Counted from the stretch's first letter, positions 1-8,793 are shown. The stretch is DNA of 64,000 nt from an uncultured bacterium (GCA_905214385.1 CAJMMF010000005.1:16345-80344), one strand, 5' to 3'. Notes: generated by a model from the sequence alone, not told the origin. Numbers and translations are program-made.

Positions 1-227
1 ATAGCAGCCTGCACCTTCTGAGCATCGAAGCCAAACACCATGCCGCCCACCTTATGCCCAGGCGCCACGCCATCGGCCTCGACTCCGCGCACCTCAGCCT
101 TGGGCGTCGCGCGCACCACACCGTTATGCGTCAGATACATCCCACAGCCTGCCGCCGAAGCATCGGCCTTGGCCTCGCGCAGCCAAGCATCAATCGAAGG
201 CATCAATTTGCCACTCTCGAGCATCAT
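1..227 (-). CDS. hypothetical protein, N-terminal ~75 aa only (gene runs off the left edge)
   Basis: Hand translation of the minus strand. Tandem ATG ATG at 222-227 is preceded by SD AAGGGAGAA. It reads MMLESGKLMPSIDAWLREAKADASAAGCGMYLTHNGVVRATPKAEVRGVEADG... and stays open to position 1. It is absent from the ORF track because it is truncated. It lies 65 nt downstream of the sortase stop on the same strand. Confidence 0.4.
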   Translation of the reverse strand, partial: MMLESGKLMPSIDAWLREAKADASAAGCGMYLTHNGVVRATPKAEVRGVEADGVAPGHKVGGMVFGFDAQKVQAA

Positions 228-291
228 TTCTCCCTTACCGTCGTCGAGTAGCCAATTTGGGACGGGGCCTTTTTAGCTACTCTCGAACAAC

Positions 292-1290
292 TTATTCCTC
301 GACCGGCGTGAGCACCATGACGGCGCGTGTGTTGCTCAGCGACAGCGAACGACAGGTCACAAGCGTTACAACCTTAGTTGCCGAAGCGGCACGATCGGTG
401 GCATCACTCGCCACGGCAGAAGCGCCGTCGAGCATCTCGGACAGGTAGTTCTTGAGTCCGTCGTCGCCCTCAAAATTGGTCGTGCGCGCCTTGGCATACG
501 TGTCCTCGACCACCTTGGTCGCCAGCGGACGCAACTTATACGTCGCATCGCGCGTGATGTAGTACACATATTCAATGCTATCGAACGTTGCCTGGTCAGT
601 CGTATCCGAAATCACGTTGAACATCGACCCATCGTTCATATGGTGGCCGTAGATCGTGGTCTGCTGGTCGACCATTCCCGGCGCGGTGTCATCGCTATCC
701 AAGAAGATGGCACCCGAGGCGTTAGACGTGCCATCGAACAGCGTGTTGAGGTATTTGGAGTTGTTGTTGGTCTGCACCACGGGATAGTTGATGTTGGTTC
801 CCGGCACGTAAATCCAACCCACAATCTCGGGGTTCGTCTGAGCAAGCGCATCAAAGTCGATAATCGGCACGCCGCTGGCGTCCTTATCGCTTACATATTG
901 CTTCTCGATTTTCTGATACGAATCGCTCGCCTGCTTATAGCCAATCTGGGCATTAATAAAAATAGCGGCGGCGGCGACAATCAGACCGATACCGATGATG
1001 ATGAGCAGAATGGGAATAATGGAGTGGCGCTTTTTGCGCGGCGGCTCGGTGCGATCCGACGGCGCGGCATGCGATGAAGACCGGGGCGGCTTCTTAGCGG
1101 AGCTATAAGACGAAGGACGATATGCGGCCGGCGCGTCCTGTCGACGATGCGTCGCCGGTGTCACGGGGCGCGGCGCGCGCGGCTGCTGAGGAGAGGATGT
1201 CCGACCCTGCTGTGCCGCACGGGCAGCACCCGGCTTCGACGGATCGGGAATCTGAGAAGCCTTGAATCGTTTTCCCTGATAATCGGACAT
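292..1290 (-). CDS. srtB: class B sortase with a basic/Pro-rich cytoplasmic tail and one TM helix
   Basis: 332-aa ORF. SD AAGGAG lies 4 nt before the ATG at 1288-1290. TM helix is IIPILLIIIGIGLIVAAAAIFI. SrtB-type motifs are VGWIYVPGTNINYPVVQTNNNSKYL, TIYGHHMNDGSMFN and catalytic TLVTC. Confidence 0.8.
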   Translation of the reverse strand: MSDYQGKRFKASQIPDPSKPGAARAAQQGRTSSPQQPRAPRPVTPATHRRQDAPAAYRPSSYSSAKKPPRSSSHAAPSDRTEPPRKKRHSIIPILLIIIGIGLIVAAAAIFINAQIGYKQASDSYQKIEKQYVSDKDASGVPIIDFDALAQTNPEIVGWIYVPGTNINYPVVQTNNNSKYLNTLFDGTSNASGAIFLDSDDTAPGMVDQQTTIYGHHMNDGSMFNVISDTTDQATFDSIEYVYYITRDATYKLRPLATKVVEDTYAKARTTNFEGDDGLKNYLSEMLDGASAVASDATDRAASATKVVTLVTCRSLSLSNTRAVMVLTPVEE

Positions 1291-1325
1291 GGCTCTCCTT
1301 ATACTGCGGTGAAACGGCGGAACGC

Positions 1326-1790
1326 TTAGGCGTCAGCCATCTCCTGCTTCATCTTCTCGATAACCTTGCGGTACTCGGGGTCGCAAGCACCCAGAATCTG
1401 TGTGGCATAGATGGCGGCGTTCTTGGCACCGTTGATGGCAACGCAGGCCACGGGCACGCCCGAAGGCATCTGCACCATCGACAGCAGCGAATCCATACCG
1501 CCCAGGTCACTCGTCTTCATAGGCACGCCGATAACCGGCAGCGGCGTAAAGGCAGCCACGACACCACCCAAGTGAGCGGCCTTGCCGGCGGCGGCGATAA
1601 TCACTTTGATACCGCGATCGGCGGCAGTCGAAGCCCAGTCGTGGACCTTCGCCGGCGTGCGGTGCGCGCTCGCAATGACGAGCTCATAGGGCACACCCAG
1701 TGCCTCGAGCTCGGCGGTGCAGCCTTCCATAACGCCCAGATCGGACTTGGAACCCATGATGATCCCGACAACCGGCTTCTGATCTGCCAT
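1326..1790 (-). CDS. purE: 5-(carboxyamino)imidazole ribonucleotide mutase
   Basis: Contains PVVGIIMGSKSDLGVM...ASAHRTP...IIAAAGKAAHLGGVVA, a typical PurE sequence. The ORF track begins at 1796. The ATG at 1788-1790 has better spacing (9 nt) to SD AGGAGG. Confidence 0.9.
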   Translation of the reverse strand: MADQKPVVGIIMGSKSDLGVMEGCTAELEALGVPYELVIASAHRTPAKVHDWASTAADRGIKVIIAAAGKAAHLGGVVAAFTPLPVIGVPMKTSDLGGMDSLLSMVQMPSGVPVACVAINGAKNAAIYATQILGACDPEYRKVIEKMKQEMADA

Positions 1791-1945
1791 AAACATAGAC
1801 CTCCTGTTGAGAGCGGTGACGCAGCGAATCCGCGACCCTTAACTGCAAATAATTCAAGTATAGCCACCGATGCCGATGTGTTCGGTGAGAGACGGAATGC
1901 TTTGCGAGATTAAGGCCGAAGGGTCGGAGCTTTCCGCCTACATTC

Positions 1946-1983
1946 AAAAAGCATGCCCACCGTCCTTGGGTGGGACGGCGGGC
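1946..1983 (-). terminator. intrinsic terminator of the GH31 gene
   Basis: The minus strand reads GCCCGCCGTCC-CACCCAA-GGACGGTGGGC followed by ATGCTTTTT. It lies 25 nt after the stop at 2008. Confidence 0.7.
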
Positions 1984-2007
1984 ACGCTTGCTTAGCTGTT
2001 GCTGGGG

Positions 2008-5000
2008 CTACTTGGCCTTGCTGCGACGATGGAAGAAAGCGCCGATCGCGGCGATGATGGCGCCGAGACCACCGACGGTCACGACGGTCGCCGCCGTCTG
2101 GTCGCCGGTATTGGGGATCGCCGAACCGTTCTTCTTGCTGCCCTGGGCCTTGTCGCGTGCGGGCTTGCCCGCCTGGTTGCCGCCGTTCGAGCCATTGCCG
2201 GAACCCTGGTTGCCCGAGCCGCCCTGGTTGCCGGAGTCGGCATCCCTGAGGCTCTCAATGGCCAGCTTGAGCTGGTCATAGGCCGCCTGGAGCTGGGTGT
2301 CGGAAGCATTCTCATCACCCAAGATGTCCTCGGCGTAGGTAATGGCATCCGTCAGGGCCTTGACAGACTCGTCCGTCTTGCCCCTGGTGTCAGTCTCCTT
2401 CGCCTGCTTGACCAGGGCCTTGAGCTGCTTCTTAGTCGGATTCTCGACCGGGACCACCGGGGTCTTCTCGAGCGCGCCGCGGGCGCTCTCGAGCGCCCTG
2501 AGCGCCTGGTCGACCTCGTCCTGCGTGGCGTCCTCATCGCTCAAGATGGCGCGGGCGCTCGCCAGGGCGTTCTCGAGCGCCGTCCAGGAGGCCTCGGTGT
2601 AGTCACCGGCCTTGAGGTCGCCGGCAGCAACCTCGGCATCAACCTTTTCGATCGCGGTAGCGAGATCATCCTTCGCCACCGGATCGGGGACGGCCGTACC
2701 GTAGAACTTGAGCTCCGCCATGCTGCAGTAGGCATCAACGTCGCCACCGCCGGCGTGAATCACCTTGACGGTCACGTAGCGACCGCGCGCGGCGCCAAAG
2801 CTCATCTGCTTCCAGTCGCCACGGTCGGTGAGCACGCGGCCGTCGTTGTCGAAGGCGAACGTACCCATCGACGCGGCGGTGCCCATCTCATAACCGTCGG
2901 CAGTGTCGGAGACCAGTATCTCGGCCTCGAAGATATCGCCGTTAGTGCCGCCGTCCTGGCGCGGCAGGAATGTAACGTCGGTGAGATCGTAGTCGCGGCC
3001 CAGGTCGACACTCAGATACTGGGGCATACCGGTCCCATGGGCCCAGTCGCTGTGCCAAAGCGTCCGCTCGTCGCCGTCGAGAGCGTTGACGGCGTTGCTG
3101 CCCTCGTAGTCGGCCTCACTCGAGAAGTCGGCCACCTTGACGTTCTTGCGGTTCTCGGGCGTGTTGATGAGGATCTTCTCATCGACAGGGCGCATCTTGA
3201 GGCCGTCGATTGCCTTCTCGATCTTGGCAGTGGCGTCTGCGACATCCTTCTTGCTATAGCTGCCCTGGCCGCTGTCGAGGAGCTTCCGAGCCGCCTCGAC
3301 CGCAGTGGTGAGAGCTGCATAGGAATCCTTGGTGTAGACGGACTCGCTGTAGCCCGCGGCCTTGGAAAGCGCTGCCACGAGCGCAGAGGTATCGACACCA
3401 GCCTTGACCTCGACCTCATAGGATGCGGTCTTGGAGGGGTCGAGTACCGACGCCACCGTGATCTTTGCCTTGCCGGCCTTGTTGGCACGCAGGTAGTAGC
3501 TCACGCTATCGCCAGCCTGAACAGCGGAGACGCTTACCACAGAGGGGTCGGAGCTCTCGACCGTCACATAGGGGTAGCCAGCGCTCTCAGGCGTAGCCTT
3601 GGCGTCGACGGGCGTAATGTCGCCTTCAAAGAACTCGGTCTGGTTCTTGCCTAGCTCGACACCCTCGATGGCCTCGACACCCTGCGTGTAGTTGAAGTTG
3701 ACCTCACGCAGTGTGAGCATCTGGTCACCCGATGCCTCAAGCGGCGTGACCTCGACCTTGGTCGCCTTCTTGCCCTTGTTCTCGGCAGAGAGGTCAAAGG
3801 CGTAGCGAGCCAGGAAGGAATCGTACTCCCCGCCCGCGAACTCTTGGATCGAGCCATCCTCGAACGTCACGACGGCCTTGATCTTCTGTACGGTTCCGTT
3901 GCCGCCGTTGCGGTTAACGACCTCGACGCTATCGAGTTTCGACGGCGTCTTAAATGCGAATGTCATCGTGGTGGGAAGCTTCACGTAACTCGGTAGCTTA
4001 CCCTCGCTGTCCCAGTTGCCACTCCAGTTCCACAGGAACTCAAAGCCGTTGTCGCCCTCGTTATTATCGAACAGCGCGTTATAGCTCTTCTGCTGGATAA
4101 GTTTCTCGACGTTGGTCCCGTCGTCGGTCGTGAGCTCATCGTTGGTCATCGTGATGTTGAAGGCATCCTGGGCGTACTCGGCGACCGTTGGCTGAGGAAC
4201 GTCCGGCATCGTCACCGTGCCGTCGCTCGCAAACTCAAGTGCGTCGCATGCCGGGCCGATAAGCCAAGATGTCGAGGGCAGTTCGACCTTTCCGGCGGTC
4301 TTGGCCTTGAGCTTGAAACTCGCCACCGCGCCAGTACCGTTGTAGAGCTTGCCATCGCCGCGGTTGGCAAAGGCGAGATTGATAGTCTGCGTTCCGTCCA
4401 CGAACTGGACCTTCTCGCGAGACAGGTTCTCCATGCCGGCAGTCGAGCCGTCCTGCGCGATGCTCTCGGACACAAACTCGAACTGGTCGCTCTTGAAGTT
4501 GACGAGGGCGCCCAGGGCGTTGACGTTCTTGGCGTCGGCCGCATAGACATCAACGGTGATCTCATCACCGGCCTCGACCTCGGTCTTGCTCGGAATCACC
4601 GCGAGCGAACCTGCGACCTTGCCCTTTTGTTTAGTGCCGCCGTCAAGACCCGCCATGGTGAACGAGTAATCGTAGACGTCGTAAACGCCGTTATCGTTGA
4701 GGTCGGCGAAGTGGTCGCGGATCTGCGAACCGAACGTCGGGGTATCGGGCTCGCGATTCTCGAGGCCCAGATAGTTCTTCATGTTGGAGTAGTCTCCGTC
4801 GGAGATCGTGGCCTTGTTGAGGTTGGAGCCCACGGCGAAGCCATCCGTGCCGTCGGTCTTGTAGATGGCAATCTCGGACGCGGAGAAGAAATTGCCGACC
4901 GAGGCGAGCGGTGTCATGCGCACGTAACGGGCGGCCACGGTGCCGTCAAACGCTACCGTCTTACAATCAGCGGAACGTGCCCAATCGACCTCCTGGCTCG

Positions 5001-8000
5001 TCCAGTGGACGCCATCGAGACTCGTCTCAACACGCATCTTGGTCACGGTGCCGTTGCCGGCGTCATCGCGCGGATAGTACTCGAGCTTATCGAGCTTGTA
5101 AGCGCGTCCATAGTCAACGGTAAGCGCCTTGCCCAGATCGTTGCCACCGGAGTGGAAACCGCCGTCGCCCGACTGGAACTCATGGTCGAAGGCGAGCTCG
5201 GCCTTATGGCTGCCGTAAAGTGAGCCCTCCCAGGTGATTTCCTCGGCGTCGGGGACGTTCCGCCACGGATCGAGTGCGGAGTTCGCCTCGAGCACATCGC
5301 TCCAGGCGGAGTAACCTTCGGCGTTGCGCGAACGAATCTGGTAGGTGTGCTTGCTATTGTAGGCGAGGTCGGTGTGCGTGAACTCGGCCGCATCACCCAC
5401 GGCAAACACAGTGCCGTCGACCTTAAGGTCGTAGGAGGTAGCACCATCGACCTTTCCCCAGGTGAGCTTGATGCTCGTTGGGGTCGTGGCGTCCTCGGGG
5501 GCAGCAAGGTTCGTGGGTGCGGAGAGGTTCTCGTTGAGGCGATCGGCTGTGAGCGTGGCGTCGGCGTTCACGAAACCGCCCAGCTCAAGCGTCTGCGCCG
5601 CTGCAGCAACATCGGTCTTCGCGAACTTGACGTAGACCTTGGGGTTCGTGGTGATCTTGGTGTTGTTGAAGCTCTCGCCCTGCTCGGCCTCGGTGCCGTC
5701 CGCATCGCTGCCGTAGTGGTTGAGGTTGGGGGTCTCGCTGTAGAAGTAGACCGCCTGGCCGGCCTCGGGGGTCGCGGCGTCAAAGGTCTCCTGCGAGTCG
5801 ACCTCAACCACGTTGAGTGCGGATCCGCCGTTCTTGGCGACAACGCTCGTGGGCTTGGCGGACACATTGGCCACGAAGGTCGTGGTGCGGTTGGAGTCGT
5901 AGCCGTTGTAGCCGCCCTGCGAGGCCTCGGCGGTAAAGGTCGCGGTGCCGCCTGCGGCCTTGGAGCTGTAGACGGTGCTCACATGCTCACCGTAGGAGAT
6001 ATTGTCGATCGTGCCGTAGGAATCGTCCTCAGTCGTGTTGTTCTCGATGGAGGAGCCGTCGTCCTCGTACTGCGTAAAGGTGCCGTCGCCCTCGGTGGCG
6101 AAGAACTCGACGATACGCTGGCTGCGGTCGGTACCCTTGGTGTTGGTGTCGCTCACGGCCTCGGGGTTGTTGTTCTCGGCGTACATCGGCACGATAGCGT
6201 TGGCCTTCACAAACAGCGGCAGCTTCCAAAGCGGAGCCTCGTAGTTGTTGAGAACCTGGCCGCCGCGATACTGCTTACCCGAGAAGTAATCGATCCAGAT
6301 GGTGGGATTCTCGTCGGTGCCGTAGTTGGGGAGGTAAATCCCATTGCGAATGTCGTTGCCGTTCTCGTCTGCCTGGGTATCCTGATACACCGGTGCCACT
6401 AGGAAGTTCTCACCGAACATATACTGGTACTGCGTCGAAGTGCTTGCGGCGTACTCGGAGTTGTCGGAAAGCAGCATGGCGCGGATCATGGGCAGGCCGG
6501 CATCGCCGTTACCCGTGTCGATGTTGGCCGCCGAGGCCGCGCTCGTGTAGATATAGGGCATGAGCTGCGCCTTGAGCTTGAGGTAGAAGCGCGAGATGCC
6601 TGTGTAGGGATCGCCGTGCGTCATGGGCGATTTACGGTAGGTGCCCCAACCGTCCATGTCAAGCATAGAGGGCGTGAACGTCTTCCACTGGTAGTCACGC
6701 GCAGAGATGATGGGGTCGCCGCCAAAGATGCCATCCATGTCGGAGCCGATGTTGGGGTTGCCCGAAAGACTCTGACCGATATACGTGGGGATATGGAAGC
6801 GAATGTACTCCCAGTTACCGCCATACTGGTCGCCGGTCCAAATGCCACCAAAGCGCTGCGTGCCGGCCCAACCATCGAGCGTGATGATGTTGGGGCGCTT
6901 GTTAGCGCCGGTCGTCACCGTGTCATAAGCTGTCTTGATGCCATTAAGACCAAAGGAGTAGCCAGATCCAACCCAGGCAACGTCGGTCTTAAGGGTAGTG
7001 ATGCCTCCCGTCTTGACCTCGGCGTCGAAGTCGCGAAGCAGATGCCACGGGGTCTCAGGGTTGCTGTCGGGCTCAAGGTTGGACTGGGTCCACAAGCCCG
7101 TGCTCACACCCTTGGAGTTGGCATACTCGGTGAACTTCTTAAGGTTGTCGACATTGGCACGCACAGCGTTAAGACGGTCGGCCGAGCTCGCTCCGTCGGA
7201 GTTGACGCCGCCGGTCTTGTAGTAACCGTTCTGGCCATAGCCGGCGCCGTAACCGTCGTTCGGCAGGAACCAGCCGAGCGGCATGTCGTTGTCCTCGTAG
7301 TCATCGATAACCTGACGAGCAGAGAACTGGCGGTCGAAATCGGTCGCTTTCATGTTCTCGGTATCAACCGTAGGGCCCTCACCGTTGAGCGTCTCGGCCG
7401 CAAGTGTGCCGTCGAGCTTGTAGCCCGTCGACATGCCAGACTCGTACTTAACGTCGCCCTTCTCGCTCGAGGACTTGCTGCCCTTGGTCTCCCACTTCTT
7501 TTGACCCGAGGTCGTTGACCAGCCATCACGGTTATAGGCATTAAGATGACCAAGGTAGAACCCGTACTCGGGCAGCAGTACCGGGTTACCGGTCACCTTG
7601 TAGTAGTCCTGCAGCATCTCGGTTGCCACGTTCGAAGCGCCCTCGTTGGTCGCCACGAAGTAGTAGGCATCAAACTCATTCTCGCTGTGCAAAGTCGTGA
7701 CCGTCGATGAGTCCGTGGAACCGAAGTCGTAGGAACCCTCTGCAAACGTGTTTCGGAGTACGCCGTAGCCGTCACTCGTCCAATAAAACGGGTTGGGCGA
7801 GGCAACGCCGCCATCGGTCCAGTTGTTCGTGTTGGAGATGGCGATGGTCTGGTTGGTGTGCAGGAAGCGTCCGTTCTGGGTGCCGCCGCCAAAGAAGTTC
7901 TCGGACTTCTCCTTGGCGAGCGTCTGGACGGTACCCTTCTTATCAAGGTCGAGGGACGCGGACTCGGAAACCACGACACGGTCGCCTGACTTGATACTCA

Positions 8001-8421
8001 TCTTGCCAGTCGCCTTGTCCAGGATCACGGTCGCCTTTCCGCCGGTGATCTCGATAGTGTCGCCCTTGTCGGCAACCGTCGCACTCGGCTTGCTGTAGGT
8101 GTCCGAGGTATCGGGCTGAGCCTGGATCTTAGCCGTGTGGGACTTACTACGCGGCGTGGCGTACTCGGAAAACTCACCCTTGGGGTCGACGTTATAACGG
8201 AAAATACCGTCCTCGAGGAACGTAATACGGCCCTTGATGCCGTCAGCGAAATCGATGTCGACGACATTCGAGGCAGACTGGGACACGGTCGCCGAGTCGA
8301 CGCCCTTGAGTGGCGTGGCAATCGCCTGCTGGGGATTGGCAAACACGAGCGTCGCTGCAGTGGCAACGAGGACCGCGCTTCCCTTCACCCACCGTTTCGT
8401 AAAAATGGAATTCCTGCGCAT
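2008..8421 (-). CDS. cell-wall-anchored multidomain glycoside hydrolase family 31 (about 2137 aa)
   Basis: The ATG at 8419-8421 with SD AAAGGAG gives signal peptide MRRNSIFTKRWVKGSAVLVATAATLVFANPQQAIA. The ORF-track start at 8571 is an upstream extension. GH31 motifs are LKTDVAWVG (KTD codons 6982-6990) and GIWTGDQ...IGSDMDGIFGG. Other modules: three discoidin/F5-8 type C (CBM32-like) segments (e.g. NALDGDERTLWHSDW), a dockerin-like DLNDNGVYDVYDY (4661-4717), a cohesin-like module (about 4240-4615), a Big_2-like domain and several FIVAR-like helical repeats. The C-terminal sorting signal is IPNTG (2104-2118) followed by a hydrophobic stretch and RRSKAK. Confidence 0.85.
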   Translation of the reverse strand: MRRNSIFTKRWVKGSAVLVATAATLVFANPQQAIATPLKGVDSATVSQSASNVVDIDFADGIKGRITFLEDGIFRYNVDPKGEFSEYATPRSKSHTAKIQAQPDTSDTYSKPSATVADKGDTIEITGGKATVILDKATGKMSIKSGDRVVVSESASLDLDKKGTVQTLAKEKSENFFGGGTQNGRFLHTNQTIAISNTNNWTDGGVASPNPFYWTSDGYGVLRNTFAEGSYDFGSTDSSTVTTLHSENEFDAYYFVATNEGASNVATEMLQDYYKVTGNPVLLPEYGFYLGHLNAYNRDGWSTTSGQKKWETKGSKSSSEKGDVKYESGMSTGYKLDGTLAAETLNGEGPTVDTENMKATDFDRQFSARQVIDDYEDNDMPLGWFLPNDGYGAGYGQNGYYKTGGVNSDGASSADRLNAVRANVDNLKKFTEYANSKGVSTGLWTQSNLEPDSNPETPWHLLRDFDAEVKTGGITTLKTDVAWVGSGYSFGLNGIKTAYDTVTTGANKRPNIITLDGWAGTQRFGGIWTGDQYGGNWEYIRFHIPTYIGQSLSGNPNIGSDMDGIFGGDPIISARDYQWKTFTPSMLDMDGWGTYRKSPMTHGDPYTGISRFYLKLKAQLMPYIYTSAASAANIDTGNGDAGLPMIRAMLLSDNSEYAASTSTQYQYMFGENFLVAPVYQDTQADENGNDIRNGIYLPNYGTDENPTIWIDYFSGKQYRGGQVLNNYEAPLWKLPLFVKANAIVPMYAENNNPEAVSDTNTKGTDRSQRIVEFFATEGDGTFTQYEDDGSSIENNTTEDDSYGTIDNISYGEHVSTVYSSKAAGGTATFTAEASQGGYNGYDSNRTTTFVANVSAKPTSVVAKNGGSALNVVEVDSQETFDAATPEAGQAVYFYSETPNLNHYGSDADGTEAEQGESFNNTKITTNPKVYVKFAKTDVAAAAQTLELGGFVNADATLTADRLNENLSAPTNLAAPEDATTPTSIKLTWGKVDGATSYDLKVDGTVFAVGDAAEFTHTDLAYNSKHTYQIRSRNAEGYSAWSDVLEANSALDPWRNVPDAEEITWEGSLYGSHKAELAFDHEFQSGDGGFHSGGNDLGKALTVDYGRAYKLDKLEYYPRDDAGNGTVTKMRVETSLDGVHWTSQEVDWARSADCKTVAFDGTVAARYVRMTPLASVGNFFSASEIAIYKTDGTDGFAVGSNLNKATISDGDYSNMKNYLGLENREPDTPTFGSQIRDHFADLNDNGVYDVYDYSFTMAGLDGGTKQKGKVAGSLAVIPSKTEVEAGDEITVDVYAADAKNVNALGALVNFKSDQFEFVSESIAQDGSTAGMENLSREKVQFVDGTQTINLAFANRGDGKLYNGTGAVASFKLKAKTAGKVELPSTSWLIGPACDALEFASDGTVTMPDVPQPTVAEYAQDAFNITMTNDELTTDDGTNVEKLIQQKSYNALFDNNEGDNGFEFLWNWSGNWDSEGKLPSYVKLPTTMTFAFKTPSKLDSVEVVNRNGGNGTVQKIKAVVTFEDGSIQEFAGGEYDSFLARYAFDLSAENKGKKATKVEVTPLEASGDQMLTLREVNFNYTQGVEAIEGVELGKNQTEFFEGDITPVDAKATPESAGYPYVTVESSDPSVVSVSAVQAGDSVSYYLRANKAGKAKITVASVLDPSKTASYEVEVKAGVDTSALVAALSKAAGYSESVYTKDSYAALTTAVEAARKLLDSGQGSYSKKDVADATAKIEKAIDGLKMRPVDEKILINTPENRKNVKVADFSSEADYEGSNAVNALDGDERTLWHSDWAHGTGMPQYLSVDLGRDYDLTDVTFLPRQDGGTNGDIFEAEILVSDTADGYEMGTAASMGTFAFDNDGRVLTDRGDWKQMSFGAARGRYVTVKVIHAGGGDVDAYCSMAELKFYGTAVPDPVAKDDLATAIEKVDAEVAAGDLKAGDYTEASWTALENALASARAILSDEDATQDEVDQALRALESARGALEKTPVVPVENPTKKQLKALVKQAKETDTRGKTDESVKALTDAITYAEDILGDENASDTQLQAAYDQLKLAIESLRDADSGNQGGSGNQGSGNGSNGGNQAGKPARDKAQGSKKNGSAIPNTGDQTAATVVTVGGLGAIIAAIGAFFHRRSKAK

Positions 8422-8461
8422 CTGGTCTCCTTTCTTCCGACATGCTGAGGTGCCGAGGACG

Positions 8462-8470
8462 CCCCCCCCC
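8462..8470. repeat. homopolymeric C9/G9 tract in the GH31 5' leader
   Basis: Nine consecutive C residues on the plus strand, read directly. The tract sits in the loop between inverted CATGCTG (8441-8447) and CAGCATG (8473-8479), 41 nt upstream of the GH31 start. Confidence 0.9.
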
Positions 8471-8747
8471 GGCAGCATGGGAAAACGTATCAAACGGAGA
8501 TGTTCGGTACATTCCGCACAATGGGGGCCACCCGTTACCAAGGGGCCAACTGGTAGTAACCAGATAGCCACCTACTAGGTCATATCAACATATGGGAGCA
8601 CTTGCGCACCCAAGTTCGGAATTCTCCCAGCGGCAGCAAAATAAGCGTCAACGGCAAGGTGGGCTTAATAAGCCATACCAATTGGTTCTTCAGTCAAATA
8701 CCAATCTAGCAAAAATGTACTGTTTGTCTGGTATTACACAGACCATA

Positions 8748-8793
8748 CCTTTCCCTCGGGAACTGGGCTTCGCGAAGTTTCCCGAGGGAAAGG
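8748..8793. repeat. family-A intergenic hairpin, copy 1
   Basis: Sequence is CCTTTCCCTCGGGAA [CTGGGCTTCGCGAAGT] TTCCCGAGGGAAAGG, with perfect 15-bp arms. The loop is identical to the reverse complement of the loop of the copy at 13993-14036. Confidence 0.85.

Noticed and set aside
8422-8571. N-terminal extensions implied by the ORF-track starts of GH31 (8571), PTS IIA (12835), carB (17528), purD (24234), rpsR (28053), rpsF (28890), the TRIC gene (29916) and the M28-like gene (59644)
   Set aside because: Downstream in-frame starts have proper Shine-Dalgarno spacing and give canonical N-termini (a signal peptide or conserved family starts). The extensions overlap upstream genes, terminators or hairpins.
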